Below the pieces are notes generated by a model. The model saw only the letters and a program-made list of their open reading frames with translations, ran no database searches and was not told the DNA's origin. A stretch of DNA of 64,000 bases from Minisyncoccota bacterium (GTDB lineage Bacteria > Patescibacteriota > Minisyncoccia > UBA6257 > UBA9933). Both the position numbers and the translations under genes were made by a program. Shown in pieces: positions 8,665-19,159 of the stretch. Within the stretch, counting starts at the first letter, position 1, and each line of letters opens with the position of its first letter. The stretch is taken from NCBI GenBank assembly GCA_041653755.1, contig JBAZEU010000003.1, positions 18,738-82,737 of the forward strand, written 5' to 3'.

Positions 8665-10993
8665 AAAACTTTTCGGCCGGCCTAATTTTTCTTTACTAAT
8701 AAAAAAAATAAACTCTCTCGAACCAACTCTTGAAAAATTATCCGATAGCGAGCTAAAAGCAAAAAACGAAGAACTCAAAAACAAATTCCAAGCTTCCGGG
8801 TTAAAAGAAGATTTTCTTCCTGACGCTTTTGCTTTAATCAGAGAGGTTTCCAAAAGAACTTTGAAGCAAAGACATTTTGACGTTCAGTTAATGGGCGGCA
8901 TTGCCCTTTCTCGCGGGCAAATTTCTGAAATGTTGACCGGTGAAGGAAAAACCTTAGCCGCAACAGCGCCGGCATATTTTCACGCTTTAACAAAAAAGGG
9001 AGTCCATATAATTACTGTCAACGACTATTTAGCCCGCCGGGATACTGTCTGGATGGGCCAAATATATGACTTTTTAGGCCTGAAAGTGGGTTGTCTTTGC
9101 CATGAAACCGCTTTTATCTATGATCCAGCATACAAACAGGAAACTAACCCCGAACTCGACAAAGAAAGAGATGTCTTGGGCGGCTTTAAGATTTTTCATG
9201 AATTTTTAAGACCAGTTTCCCGCCAAGAGGCCTATCGGGCTGATATTGTTTACGGAACCAACCATGAATTTGGCTTTGATTATTTGCGAGACAATCTAGC
9301 TTATAGCAGGAGCCAACAGACCCAAAGAAAACACTATTATGCCATTATCGATGAAATTGACAGCATCTTGATAGATGAATCAAGAACTCCTTTAATCATC
9401 GCCGCACCTGATTTAGAATCAAGTGATTTCTACAGAAAATTCGCCCGCATTGTCAGTTACTTAAAAGAAAACGAAGATTATACGATTGATGAAAAATCGA
9501 AAAGTGTTCAAATTACCAACGCCGGGATTGATAAAGTGGAAGAAATGACGAAGATACAAAATTTCTATGCTCCGGAAAATTTCCGCTTAGTTCATTATCT
9601 TGAAGAATCATTAAAAGCCAAAACATTATTCCATCGCGATAAAGATTATCTTATAAACGATGGCCAAATTTTAATTATTGATGAATTTACCGGTCGTGTG
9701 CTTCTGGGCAGACGTTATTCCGGCGGGCTCCACCAAGCCATTGAAGCGAAAGAAGGGGTAATTGTTCAACCCGAATCAAGAACTTTCGCTCAAATTACGC
9801 TTCAAAATTATTTTCGTCTTTATGAAAAAATTTCTGGGATGACCGGTACCGCTCAAACATCAGCTGAAGAATTTCACAAGGTCTATAATCTTGAGACAGT
9901 TTCCATTCCGTCAAATAAACCGATGATACGGAAAAATCTTCCCGATCTTATTTATAAAACTAAAATGGCAAAATATAAGGCCGTTATCGAAGAAATAAAA
10001 GATCGATATTCAGCCGGCCAGCCGATTCTGGTAGGAACGACTTCGGTGGAACAAAACGAAATTTTTTCAAAATTACTTACTGCCGCTGGCATCCCTCATG
10101 AAGTTTTGAACGCTAAAAATCATGAAAGAGAAGGAGAAATTATCGCCCAAGCCGGAAAATTAAAAGCTGTTACTGTCGCTACGAATATGGCTGGCAGGGG
10201 AGTAGACATAATTCTTGGCGGAAATCCTTCTACTCCTGAAGAAGCGCAAAAAATAAAGGATTTAGGCGGACTTCATATAATCGGTACTGAACGTCACGAA
10301 GCCAGAAGGATAGACGACCAGCTTAGAGGCAGAAGCGGTAGGCAGGGCGATCCCGGTTCTTCTCGGTTCTTTCTTTCTTTAGAGGACGATTTGATGCGCA
10401 TCTTTGGAGGAGATAGAGTAAGAAACTTGATGTCTGTCTTGAAAATCTCTGAAGACCACCCCATCGAATCAAAGATGATTTCGAAAGTGGTTACTGAGGC
10501 GCAGAAAAAAGTTGAAGGATTTAATTTTGACTTAAGAAAACATCTTTTGGAATATGACGATGTTTTAAACAAGCAAAGAAATGCCATTTATAAAAAACGC
10601 CAAGAAATTTTAGAGAAAATGTCGGAGAATAAAGCCGATGACATACTCGAAGAGTTACTCACTGACGATGAGAGCAATATTCCTGATAATTCGATAGATC
10701 AGGCCAGTCAGCAGGTTACTCCGCCCAAAGTAAAGCCGGAAGTTTTAGAAAAAATTAAAACCTTTAATAACGAACAAAAAAATATTCTTTGCCAGAAGAT
10801 ATTATCCGTCTTAGATATGCTTTGGATGAGTCATTTGGAAAATCTTGAAGCGCTTTCGGAATCAGTGCGTATCCGCGCCTATGGACAAAAAGATCCGCTG
10901 GTGGAATACAAATACGAATCCCGTGGGCTATTCAAAGACCTGCTTGATAATTTTAAAAACTCTATTAAGCAAAACATAGAGCAACTCATATAA
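8657..10993 (+). CDS. secA: Preprotein translocase SecA (short C-terminus)
   Basis: TGEGKT, VNDYLARRD, DEIDSILIDE, ATNMAGRGVDI, QLRGRSGRQGDPG, YGQKDPL. Confidence 0.97.
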   Translation: MFKKLFGRPNFSLLIKKINSLEPTLEKLSDSELKAKNEELKNKFQASGLKEDFLPDAFALIREVSKRTLKQRHFDVQLMGGIALSRGQISEMLTGEGKTLAATAPAYFHALTKKGVHIITVNDYLARRDTVWMGQIYDFLGLKVGCLCHETAFIYDPAYKQETNPELDKERDVLGGFKIFHEFLRPVSRQEAYRADIVYGTNHEFGFDYLRDNLAYSRSQQTQRKHYYAIIDEIDSILIDESRTPLIIAAPDLESSDFYRKFARIVSYLKENEDYTIDEKSKSVQITNAGIDKVEEMTKIQNFYAPENFRLVHYLEESLKAKTLFHRDKDYLINDGQILIIDEFTGRVLLGRRYSGGLHQAIEAKEGVIVQPESRTFAQITLQNYFRLYEKISGMTGTAQTSAEEFHKVYNLETVSIPSNKPMIRKNLPDLIYKTKMAKYKAVIEEIKDRYSAGQPILVGTTSVEQNEIFSKLLTAAGIPHEVLNAKNHEREGEIIAQAGKLKAVTVATNMAGRGVDIILGGNPSTPEEAQKIKDLGGLHIIGTERHEARRIDDQLRGRSGRQGDPGSSRFFLSLEDDLMRIFGGDRVRNLMSVLKISEDHPIESKMISKVVTEAQKKVEGFNFDLRKHLLEYDDVLNKQRNAIYKKRQEILEKMSENKADDILEELLTDDESNIPDNSIDQASQQVTPPKVKPEVLEKIKTFNNEQKNILCQKILSVLDMLWMSHLENLEALSESVRIRAYGQKDPLVEYKYESRGLFKDLLDNFKNSIKQNIEQLI

Positions 10994-11052
10994 TAGGAAT
11001 AGCTCCTCTTTGATATATCTGAACGAAATTTGATATACTGGTCACTAATAGA

Positions 11053-11313
11053 ATGAGGATGGCAATTTTAGTTATTTTAGTGGTTGTTTTGATAGCCGTA
11101 GGTTGGCAGGTTTTTTCAATGGCAAAAGAAAACAAAAAAGTAAAAGACGAGTTTAACAAGCTGGCAAGCCAATTAGAAACGGTTAAAAAAGAAAATGACA
11201 CCCTAAAAGAAGAATTAGATTATTATTCAAAACCAGAAAACTTATTAAAAGAATTGCGTGCCCGATTTAATTATAAAATCTCTGACGAAAAGATGATCAT
11301 TATCACGCAATAG
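11053..11313 (+). CDS. Septum formation initiator (FtsB/DivIC-like)
   Basis: TM plus coiled coil plus RARFNY..DEKMI tail. Confidence 0.6.
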   Translation: MRMAILVILVVVLIAVGWQVFSMAKENKKVKDEFNKLASQLETVKKENDTLKEELDYYSKPENLLKELRARFNYKISDEKMIIITQ

Positions 11314-11363
11314 CGGAGTTCGTACCTGCCTGCCGGCAGGCAGGTAGTGGTAATATGTCCTTC
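11313..11363 (+). pseudogene. Decayed tRNA-Gly-like 5' half interrupted by 20-bp palindrome
   Basis: Removing 11325-11344 restores GCGGAGT-TC-GTAT-AGTGGTA-ATAT-G (acceptor 5' strand plus D-arm); no 3' half follows. Confidence 0.7.
11323..11346. repeat. Palindromic element, perfect 24 bp
   Basis: tacctgcctgccggcaggcaggta. Confidence 0.92.
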
Positions 11364-11381
11364 TTTATGTACTAAATTTAT

Positions 11382-11452
11382 GCGAGAGTAGTTTAGTGGT
11401 AGAATAGTTCCTTCCCAAGGAACAGGTGGGAGTTCGATTCTCCTCTCTCGCT
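11382..11452 (+). tRNA. tRNA-Gly(CCC)
   Basis: GCGAGAG/CTCTCGC acceptor, gttcc-ttCCCaa-ggaac anticodon arm, GTTCGATTC T-loop, U73. Confidence 0.93.
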
Positions 11453-11482
11453 CAGGTTAAAAGATTGCTGCGAGTAACGGAA

Positions 11483-12619
11483 ATGAAATACTTATCTATT
11501 TTAAAAAACAAAAACTTATCGAAAGAAACTTGCTTATTAAGGGTTGATTTGAATATCGAAGATATGAATCCAAGTAATCTCCGAATCCAAGCTATTTTAC
11601 CGACAGTTAAATTTTTGATCGACAAGGGGGCAAAAATAATAATTTTAAGCCATCGTGGACGTCCAAACGGAAAAAATAAGAAACTTTCACTAAAACCTTT
11701 CATGAAGATTCTTTTTAAATCACTAAAAAAACCGATTAGCTTCATAGAATTAAACGGCAAAGATTCAGCAAAAGTTAAAAACTCAAAACCGGGTAGCATC
11801 TTTTTGCTGGAAAATTTAAGATTTTTCAACGGCGAAGAAAAAAACGATCCAATTTTCGCTAAAAAATTGGCCGATTTAGGGACTTTTTATATTAATGATG
11901 CTTTCGCGGTTTCGCACAGGAAAAATGCTTCGATTGAAGCAATTACAAAATACCTACCGAGCTATGCCGGCTTTCAGCTTGAAAAAGAAATTGAAAATTT
12001 AAAATCAGTAATGGGAAAACCGAAAAAACCATTAATTCTTATTATGGGCGGAGCAAAAATCTCCGATAAGCTTTCCTTGGTGAATAGTTTTATTAAAAAA
12101 AGCGATTATTTTTTAATTGGCGGAGGAATCGCAAACACTTTTTTGGCAGCCTTAGGAATGCCGATAGGGGATTCGCTTTACGAAAAAGACATGACCTTAG
12201 AGGCAAGAAAAATATTAAAACAGGCTCCGAAAAAGATATTTCTGCCAATTGATTTTGCGGTTGATAAAAAACAAATTTTAGATATTGGAACGAAAACCGT
12301 AAAACTTTATGATAAAAAGATTCAATCTGCTAAAACTATTATCTGGAACGGACCAATGGGCAAGTTCGAAGACAAAAAATTTGCCAAAGGAACTCAAGAA
12401 ATAGCCAAAGCAATTCTACGAAATAAAAAGGCAAAAATCATTATCGGCGGCGGAGAAACTATCGCTTCGCTCCAACCAAAAACTAAAAACTACAAACCGA
12501 AAACTAACGTATTCCTTTCTACTGGCGGAGGTGCTATGTTGGAATATCTATCCGGGGAAAATTTACCAGGGATTGAAGCGTTACAACAAAATTCACTAAA
12601 AATCTATGGAAAACAATAA
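11483..12619 (+). CDS. pgk: Phosphoglycerate kinase (true start 11483; listed ORF start lies in the tRNA)
   Basis: RVDLN, SHRGRP, LLENLRF, NDAFAVSHR, GGAKISDK, WNGPMG, STGGGA. Confidence 0.95.
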   Translation: MKYLSILKNKNLSKETCLLRVDLNIEDMNPSNLRIQAILPTVKFLIDKGAKIIILSHRGRPNGKNKKLSLKPFMKILFKSLKKPISFIELNGKDSAKVKNSKPGSIFLLENLRFFNGEEKNDPIFAKKLADLGTFYINDAFAVSHRKNASIEAITKYLPSYAGFQLEKEIENLKSVMGKPKKPLILIMGGAKISDKLSLVNSFIKKSDYFLIGGGIANTFLAALGMPIGDSLYEKDMTLEARKILKQAPKKIFLPIDFAVDKKQILDIGTKTVKLYDKKIQSAKTIIWNGPMGKFEDKKFAKGTQEIAKAILRNKKAKIIIGGGETIASLQPKTKNYKPKTNVFLSTGGGAMLEYLSGENLPGIEALQQNSLKIYGKQ

Positions 12620-13166
12620 CGGAAATTTGAATGAAAAAGAGGTAAATCTTGCTTTTGTCGACGTTGAAACAAGCGGACTTTCGTTGATAAACAGCGAACT
12701 TTTAGAAATCGGTTTAGTTTTAGTATCTCAACCTCATTTTAACGTTATTGAGGAATGGGATATAAAAATAAAACCTCAACATTTAGAAACAGCGGAAGAA
12801 GAAGGTTTACTGGTAAGCGGTTATAATGAAAGAGATTGGGAAGATGCCGTAGAGCTAGAAACAGCCCTTGAACAATTCTTGGAAAAAGTTCAGGGAGCAA
12901 TGGTTGTTGGCCATAATGTCAGCTGGGATCTAATGTGGTTAAGAAAGGCCATTGAAGAAAACGGATTTGGCAAAAAGTTCGCCCGAAGAAGCTTGGACAC
13001 AAACAGTATTGCCTATACCAAGCTTCAAGACAAAGCCTCTGAAATTAAATACTTCTCGCTTTCAAACTTAGCAAAATATTTTGGCATTGAAGAAAACAAC
13101 AAGCACCGCGCTTTGGCAGACGCTAAAACTACTTTCGAAGTTTTTAAGAAATTAATGGAAATCTAA
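12606..13166 (+). CDS. DEDDh 3'-5' exonuclease (DnaQ-like)
   Basis: DVETSG, GHNVSWD, HRALADA. Confidence 0.9.
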   Translation: MENNNGNLNEKEVNLAFVDVETSGLSLINSELLEIGLVLVSQPHFNVIEEWDIKIKPQHLETAEEEGLLVSGYNERDWEDAVELETALEQFLEKVQGAMVVGHNVSWDLMWLRKAIEENGFGKKFARRSLDTNSIAYTKLQDKASEIKYFSLSNLAKYFGIEENNKHRALADAKTTFEVFKKLMEI

Positions 13167-13182
13167 ATCGTTTAGATAATAT

Positions 13183-14154
13183 ATGAAGTATGATATTTAC
13201 TTCCATAACGATTTAGACGGAATGGCATCAGCTGCCATTTTGTTTCATTTCTTAAAAAGCAGAGAAGATAAGGTTTTAAGTTTTTATCCCGTTGATTTCT
13301 TTTCCGTAACCCGGAAGAAATGGGCAAAATTAAAATTCGAAAATCCATCTGCCATAGTTGATTTTTTGCATCATCCCCAAGCCGAAATCTGGTTCGATCA
13401 TCATCCAACGACTTTCATAAAGCCGTCTTGGAAAAAAGATTTCCGGCATAAGAAACTAAATCACTGGGGAGTTATTTATAAATCATGCGCCAGGTTGATC
13501 GTAGAAAGCTTGAAAAAAGATTTTAACTTTAGGACGCCGAAATACCTGAAAGAACTCACTGAATGGATGGATAAGGTTGACGGATATTATTTCAAATCCA
13601 TAAAAGAATCCATTGATTTTAAAAAACCGGCCGTGAAGCTTGATCTATTGATAAGCAATTTCAAGCTGAATAATAAAATTATCGCAAAAATAATTTCAAC
13701 TTTGTCTTCTAGCCCTTTGAAAAATGTTCTGAAAATCAAAGAACTTCAGCCATATTTAAGAAGAATCGAAAAAGAGATAAAAAAATCGAAGAAGTTTTAT
13801 AAAACCAACATCAAAGTTATTAAAAATGTCAGCTTTATTGACGAAACCCAAAATGAAGCCATCAGTATAAGATCGCTCCTATATCATTTATATCCCCATA
13901 CTCCTTATTTTATAATCCTGCATCGTGAACGAGGTGGAGGAAAATATGCGGTGACGGCAGGGAAAAACCCTTGGTTAAAATCAATAAATCAAGCGCCTAT
14001 TGGAGAATACTTGAAAAAATTTAATGGAGGCGGGCATGACAAGGTTGGCGGAGCGGAATTCAAAACAAAAAATTTGGCTCTAAAAGCGTCAAAAGAAATT
14101 ACGCAATTCTTAAATAATCAATACAACAAAAACAATATCAAATCTAAGATTTGA
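13183..14154 (+). CDS. DHH-family phosphoesterase
   Basis: HNDLDG, IVDF, FDHH and C-terminal GGGH. Confidence 0.8.
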   Translation: MKYDIYFHNDLDGMASAAILFHFLKSREDKVLSFYPVDFFSVTRKKWAKLKFENPSAIVDFLHHPQAEIWFDHHPTTFIKPSWKKDFRHKKLNHWGVIYKSCARLIVESLKKDFNFRTPKYLKELTEWMDKVDGYYFKSIKESIDFKKPAVKLDLLISNFKLNNKIIAKIISTLSSSPLKNVLKIKELQPYLRRIEKEIKKSKKFYKTNIKVIKNVSFIDETQNEAISIRSLLYHLYPHTPYFIILHRERGGGKYAVTAGKNPWLKSINQAPIGEYLKKFNGGGHDKVGGAEFKTKNLALKASKEITQFLNNQYNKNNIKSKI

Positions 14155-14173
14155 TATATAAAGTAAACTTTCT

Positions 14174-14608
14174 ATGGAAAAAAGTAATACAATAATCGTT
14201 TATTGCGATGGGGGATCAAGAGGAAATCCCGGACCGGCTGCCCTTGGCATTGTCATTAGTTCGGAAAAAGAAGAAAAAGGATACAGCCATTATCTCGGAG
14301 AATCTACCAATAACGATGCTGAATATCAGGCAATTATTTTTGCGTTGAAAAAAATAAAACATTTGTTCGGAAACGAAAAAGCAGGAAAAATGATAGTAGA
14401 AATTAAAAGCGACAGCGAATTGGCAATTAATCAACTTAACGGAACAAATAAAATCAAAGAAAAAAATCTGCAAGAATTATTTGTAATGGTTTGGAATCTA
14501 AAACAGGACTTTAAAGAAGTAAATTTTTCCCATATCCCGCGAGAAGAGAACAAAAAAGCTGATAAGCTCGTGAATCAAGAACTGGACAGCCAAAAGGGAA
14601 TGTTTTGA
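14174..14608 (+). CDS. rnhA: Ribonuclease HI
   Basis: DGGSRGNPGPA, TNNDAEY, SDSEL, HIPREENKKAD. Confidence 0.92.
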   Translation: MEKSNTIIVYCDGGSRGNPGPAALGIVISSEKEEKGYSHYLGESTNNDAEYQAIIFALKKIKHLFGNEKAGKMIVEIKSDSELAINQLNGTNKIKEKNLQELFVMVWNLKQDFKEVNFSHIPREENKKADKLVNQELDSQKGMF

Positions 14609-14652
14609 CGATTTTGACAATATACAATAAATTCTGTTAAAATTAGCGAAAT

Positions 14653-15001
14653 CGGCAAGTCAAACGATAGCTCTTATCAGCTTTGTGCTGATAGGAGAGG
14701 AAAGTCCGGACACTCGCCAATTTGGCAAAAATAGTGGCTAACAGCCACCTAGCGAAAGCTAAGAGGTGCGATCAGAAACGTCCTGAGGCGAAAGCCAAAG
14801 GATAGCCCAATCCTAAGCTAGAAGGCTAAGCTCCACCATAGGGATAAGAAAGCGGAGATGAAACGGCTAAATTCCTTATTGAGTGCAAGGTCGTGTCGGG
14901 CATATAACTTGTTTATGTGCTTGGAGTACCGCAAGAGCCTGAGAGTAATCGAAGGCCCAGACAAATTATCGTATAAACAGAATCCGGCTTATGACTTGCC
15001 G
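14653..15001 (+). ncRNA. rnpB: RNase P RNA
   Basis: GAGGAAAGTCCGG and AACAGAATCCGGCTTA conserved P4 regions; P1 cggcaagtc/gacttgccg. Confidence 0.95.
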
Positions 15002-15006
15002 GCTTG

Positions 15007-15038
15007 CCCCGCACTAACTTAGTGCGGGGTTTTTGTTT
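15007..15038 (+). terminator. Intrinsic terminator or REP-like hairpin after rnpB
   Basis: ccccgcactaa-c-ttagtgcgggg followed by T tract. Confidence 0.75.
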
Positions 15039-15073
15039 GAAAATTCTCAAAAAAATGATACACTATAAAAACT

Positions 15074-16483
15074 ATGAAAAAATTAATCAAAAGACCAATT
15101 TTTATTATTTCCGTCATTATCGTTGTAGTAGTGGCAGGGTTGATAATTGTCGGGAATCTTAACAAGAAGCCCGTTTACCAAATCTCCTTAGTTCAAAAAG
15201 GCAATATCATCCAAGAAGTAAGCGAAACAGGGAAGATAAAACCAGCCGAAAGTGTTGATTTAACTTTTGATTACGGAGGCAAAATTTCGCAAATTTATGT
15301 AAGTGTAGGCGACAGAGTTTATGCCGGTCAAACATTAATGCAGCTAGAAAACTCAGATGCATATGCCCAAGTTCTTCAATCAGAAGCGAATCTAGAAACT
15401 CAGCAAGATAAACTCAATGAAGCTCAAAAAAATCTAAATAACGCCATTTTGGATAGCTACTCAAAAGCTATTGATGCCGTAAGGAACAAACTTGACCAAA
15501 TGTTTATTAAAAATGAAACAGTATATCAGGCCTCTTTAAATTTAAATTTTTATAATACTGGGGACTTCTCTATAAAATCAGATATAGAATCAAAAAGATT
15601 GACTATAGAATTAGGTTTAAGAAGTTGGAAAGCTTCTTTAGACAAGCTTAATAGCACCAGTAGCTTAGATGTTTATGCGTCAGAGGCAAAAACAAATCTA
15701 GGGCTGATAAGAGACCTTACCAATAGATTTAATGATTATTTTAACACCGTGGATTCGGTATCTTCGCTAGCAGTCAACTATTTAAGCGCTTATAGAATAT
15801 TGGTTTCTTCGGCGAACGCAGAAATCAACACTGCAATTTCTAGTATTCTGTCGGCAGAACAAACCAAGTCGCAACAATCCCAGATACAATCATCCGAAGC
15901 TAACCTTTTATCGGCCCAATCTCAGCTTTCGAAAACAATTTTAAAATCTCCTATTCAAGGAGTTGTCGCTAAGGTTAACGCTACTAAAGGAGAAATCATA
16001 AGTGCAAATGATGCAGCAGTCACAATAATTTCAGAATCAAAACTTGAAATAGAAACAAATATTCCGGAAGCGGATATCGCGAAAGTTAAAATAGGCAACG
16101 ACGCCAAAATTACCCTTGATGCTTACGGAAACGACGTAATTTTTAATGCCAAGGTTGCAGAGATTGACTTGGATGCAACAATTATCGAAGGTGTTCCAAC
16201 CTACAAAACTAAGCTTATTTTTACCGATAACGATGACAGAATTATTTCCGGGATGACTGCTAATATAACTATCACGACTATGACTAAAAACGACGTAGTG
16301 GTTATTCCTTATAAAGCGATTATTACGATAAATGGAGATAAATTTGTCGCTATAGAAACGTCAAAAAATAAAACAGAAAATAAAAAAGTTGTAATCGGCC
16401 TGCGCGGGTCAGACGGTAATATTGAAATTGTTGAAGGATTATCCGAAGGAAATAAAGTAGCCATCTATCCAACCTCTCAATAA
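15074..16483 (+). CDS. Efflux membrane-fusion adaptor (MacA/HlyD-like)
   Basis: N-terminal TM, GKISQIYVSVGDRV lipoyl half-motif, coiled coil, SGMTA. Confidence 0.88.
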   Translation: MKKLIKRPIFIISVIIVVVVAGLIIVGNLNKKPVYQISLVQKGNIIQEVSETGKIKPAESVDLTFDYGGKISQIYVSVGDRVYAGQTLMQLENSDAYAQVLQSEANLETQQDKLNEAQKNLNNAILDSYSKAIDAVRNKLDQMFIKNETVYQASLNLNFYNTGDFSIKSDIESKRLTIELGLRSWKASLDKLNSTSSLDVYASEAKTNLGLIRDLTNRFNDYFNTVDSVSSLAVNYLSAYRILVSSANAEINTAISSILSAEQTKSQQSQIQSSEANLLSAQSQLSKTILKSPIQGVVAKVNATKGEIISANDAAVTIISESKLEIETNIPEADIAKVKIGNDAKITLDAYGNDVIFNAKVAEIDLDATIIEGVPTYKTKLIFTDNDDRIISGMTANITITTMTKNDVVVIPYKAIITINGDKFVAIETSKNKTENKKVVIGLRGSDGNIEIVEGLSEGNKVAIYPTSQ

Positions 16484-16500
16484 ATCGAGAAAAATTTGTT

Positions 16501-17220
16501 ATGGCTCTAATTGAAGTCAAAGATCTCGCAAAAATATATTCAAACGAAGGATTGGAAACTATTGCGCTAAATAAAGCTTCTTTCACTATAGATGAAGGCG
16601 AGTTTGTCGCGATAATGGGACCTTCAGGATCCGGTAAATCAACTCTTCTTCATATCTTGGGGCTTTTGGATAAACAGACAAAAGGGGACTATAAGTTTAA
16701 CGGTAAATCAATCGAAAATTACTCGACAGAGGAACTAGCTCATATCAGAAGCCAGCAGATGGGATTTATTTTTCAATCTTTCAATCTTCTGCCAAGAACT
16801 TCGGTTTTAGACAACGTACGTCTTCCTTTAGTATATTCGGGCAAGCCGGAAAAATTATGGGATAAAATCGCCCTAGATGCCATAGAATCAGTCGGTCTTT
16901 CTCATAGAATAAGTAATACTCCTTCACAACTTTCCGGAGGAGAACAGCAAAGAGCGGCTATCGCCAGAGCATTAGTAAATAATCCACGCGTAATTTTTGC
17001 CGATGAACCAACCGGAAACCTTGATTCGAAATCAGGGAGAATGATAATGGAAACTCTCCAGAAATTAAACGAAGAGAAAAAGCATACGATTATTTTGATT
17101 ACTCACGAAACGTTCACGGCCGAACATGCCCAAAGAATTATTCATATTTATGACGGGGAAATTATTTCAGATGAAAAAGTAAGAATCATAAGAAAAGCTA
17201 ACGAAGAATTTCACAAATAA
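16501..17220 (+). CDS. ABC transporter ATP-binding protein (MacB/LolD-like)
   Basis: GPSGSGKS, LSGGEQQR, ADEPTGNLD. Confidence 0.93.
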   Translation: MALIEVKDLAKIYSNEGLETIALNKASFTIDEGEFVAIMGPSGSGKSTLLHILGLLDKQTKGDYKFNGKSIENYSTEELAHIRSQQMGFIFQSFNLLPRTSVLDNVRLPLVYSGKPEKLWDKIALDAIESVGLSHRISNTPSQLSGGEQQRAAIARALVNNPRVIFADEPTGNLDSKSGRMIMETLQKLNEEKKHTIILITHETFTAEHAQRIIHIYDGEIISDEKVRIIRKANEEFHK

Positions 17221-17221
17221 T

Positions 17222-18466
17222 ATGAATCTAAAATACAGCTTAAAAATTGCCGCCATTGGTTTGAAAACAAATAGATCTCGATCTCTTTTAACTATTCTCG
17301 GTATTGTCATCGGTATTATGTCGATTATTTTGGTAATGTCGCTGGGGAAAGGCGCTCAAGATCTAATTTTAGGAGAAATTCAAAGCATGGGCGCAAAAGT
17401 TATTGAAATACATCCGGGCCGAGAACCAAAAGGATTCAGCGACATCCTGCAAATGTTCGGCGATTCTTTAAAAGAAAAAGATTTAATCGCCCTTCAGAAG
17501 AAAGAAAATCTTCCTCACGCGAAAAGTGTGGAGCCATTGGTTTTTGGAGGAGCAACGGCTGTTTTCGAAAACGAAGCTAACAATATAAGCATTTACGGAG
17601 TAGGAGAAGAATTCATGAGAATGTTTAGCGTTGAGGTTAATAAAGGAAGATCTATAGACCAAGACGACGTAAAAAACCGCGCCGACGTGGTCATTATCGG
17701 TTCAAAAGTTAAAGAAGATCTCTTTGGCAACGATGAAGCTATCGGTCAAAAAATAAAAATAAAAAACAGGAATTTCAAAGTAATCGGAACATTAGCTAAG
17801 AAAGGGGGAGGTTCTATGGTCAATTTTGATGAAGTATCTTTAATCCCTTGGACTACGGCTCAACAGTATATTTTTGGCATAAAATATTACCAAGAAATTT
17901 TAGTTGAAGCCGAATCAGAAAGTTCAGTTGACGAAACAGTGCAAGACATCAAAATTACCCTAAGAAATTCTCACAACATAACCGATTCAGATCCAGAAAA
18001 AGACGATTTTAATGTTAGCACTCAAGCCCAAGCCATGGAACAAGTCGGAACCATTATGGGTATTCTGACTATGTTTTTAGCAGCGGTAGCGGCGATATCT
18101 CTCATCGTCGGTGGAGTAGGAATTATGAATATCATGCTTGTTTCGGTAACAGAACGAACTAGAGAAATCGGTTTGCGCAAAGCGATTGGTGCAACAGAAA
18201 AAGATATTTTAGCCCAATTTCTTTCAGAGGCAGTGCTCCTTACAATAATCGGCGGGCTAATTGGGATTATTCTTGGCGCTTTCTTCTCTTTTATTGCCTC
18301 TTTAATTTTAAGCAAAGTAGCTGGTCTTAATTGGACTTTTACCTTTCCTGTTTCGGCCGCTCTTTTAGGCTTGGGTGTCTCGGCCTTAATCGGATTGATT
18401 TTCGGAATCTATCCGGCGCGCAAAGCCGCTTTAAAAAATCCAATCGATGCGTTAAGATATGAATAA
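17222..18466 (+). CDS. MacB-like ABC permease
   Basis: RSLLTILGIVIG, GIMNIMLVSVTERTREIG, PIDALRYE. Confidence 0.93.
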   Translation: MNLKYSLKIAAIGLKTNRSRSLLTILGIVIGIMSIILVMSLGKGAQDLILGEIQSMGAKVIEIHPGREPKGFSDILQMFGDSLKEKDLIALQKKENLPHAKSVEPLVFGGATAVFENEANNISIYGVGEEFMRMFSVEVNKGRSIDQDDVKNRADVVIIGSKVKEDLFGNDEAIGQKIKIKNRNFKVIGTLAKKGGGSMVNFDEVSLIPWTTAQQYIFGIKYYQEILVEAESESSVDETVQDIKITLRNSHNITDSDPEKDDFNVSTQAQAMEQVGTIMGILTMFLAAVAAISLIVGGVGIMNIMLVSVTERTREIGLRKAIGATEKDILAQFLSEAVLLTIIGGLIGIILGAFFSFIASLILSKVAGLNWTFTFPVSAALLGLGVSALIGLIFGIYPARKAALKNPIDALRYE

Positions 18467-19151
18467 TATGAACAAGAAAATAATTGCAGGTATATTAATA
18501 TTAATTATCATCGGTATCTGTTTAGCAATATATTTCAGAATATCTCATTTGAAAAATGATCAGCCAGAAAATATTGTCGTATCGAACTCATCGCCAACTA
18601 GCACGCCAACCAGTACAGAAGCGACATCAACAGAAAATAATCAAAATAAAAAAATGAACTATCACATTATTACGCTAAAAACTAATCTCGGAGAAATTCA
18701 AATTCAAACTTTCGATTCTGACGCTCCAAAGACAGCAAATAATTTCGTAACCTTAGCCCAAAAAGGTTTCTATAATAATTTAATCTTTCACAGAGTAATC
18801 AAGAGCTTTATGATTCAGGGAGGAGATCCTTCTTGCGGTATTACGCAAGATTCCGGAATGTGCGGCGCTGGAGGTCCTGGCTATCAATTTGAAGACGAAC
18901 TAAACCCCGATACGGCCTCATACAAAGCAGGTTATGTAAAAGGAGTAGTAGCCATGGCCAATTCAGGACCTAACACAAACGGCAGCCAATTCTTCATAAT
19001 GCTCGAGAACAATGATCTGCCGCATAATTACACAATATTCGGAAAAGTCATAAAAGGCCAAGAAGTGGTTGACGCGATAGGGAATGTTAAAACTAACCAA
19101 AACGACAGGCCAATAACGCCGGTAATAATAAACAGCACCAGCGTTAACTAA
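18459..19151 (+). CDS. ppiA: Membrane-anchored cyclophilin-type PPIase
   Basis: FHRVIKSFMIQGGDP, AMANSGPNTNGSQFFI; N-terminal TM and S/T-rich linker. Confidence 0.9.
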   Translation: MNNMNKKIIAGILILIIIGICLAIYFRISHLKNDQPENIVVSNSSPTSTPTSTEATSTENNQNKKMNYHIITLKTNLGEIQIQTFDSDAPKTANNFVTLAQKGFYNNLIFHRVIKSFMIQGGDPSCGITQDSGMCGAGGPGYQFEDELNPDTASYKAGYVKGVVAMANSGPNTNGSQFFIMLENNDLPHNYTIFGKVIKGQEVVDAIGNVKTNQNDRPITPVIINSTSVN

Positions 19152-19159
19152 CGCAATCA

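Noticed and set aside
11426-11482. N-terminal extension of pgk
   Set aside because: It overlaps tRNA-Gly; ATG at 11483 fits PGK length.
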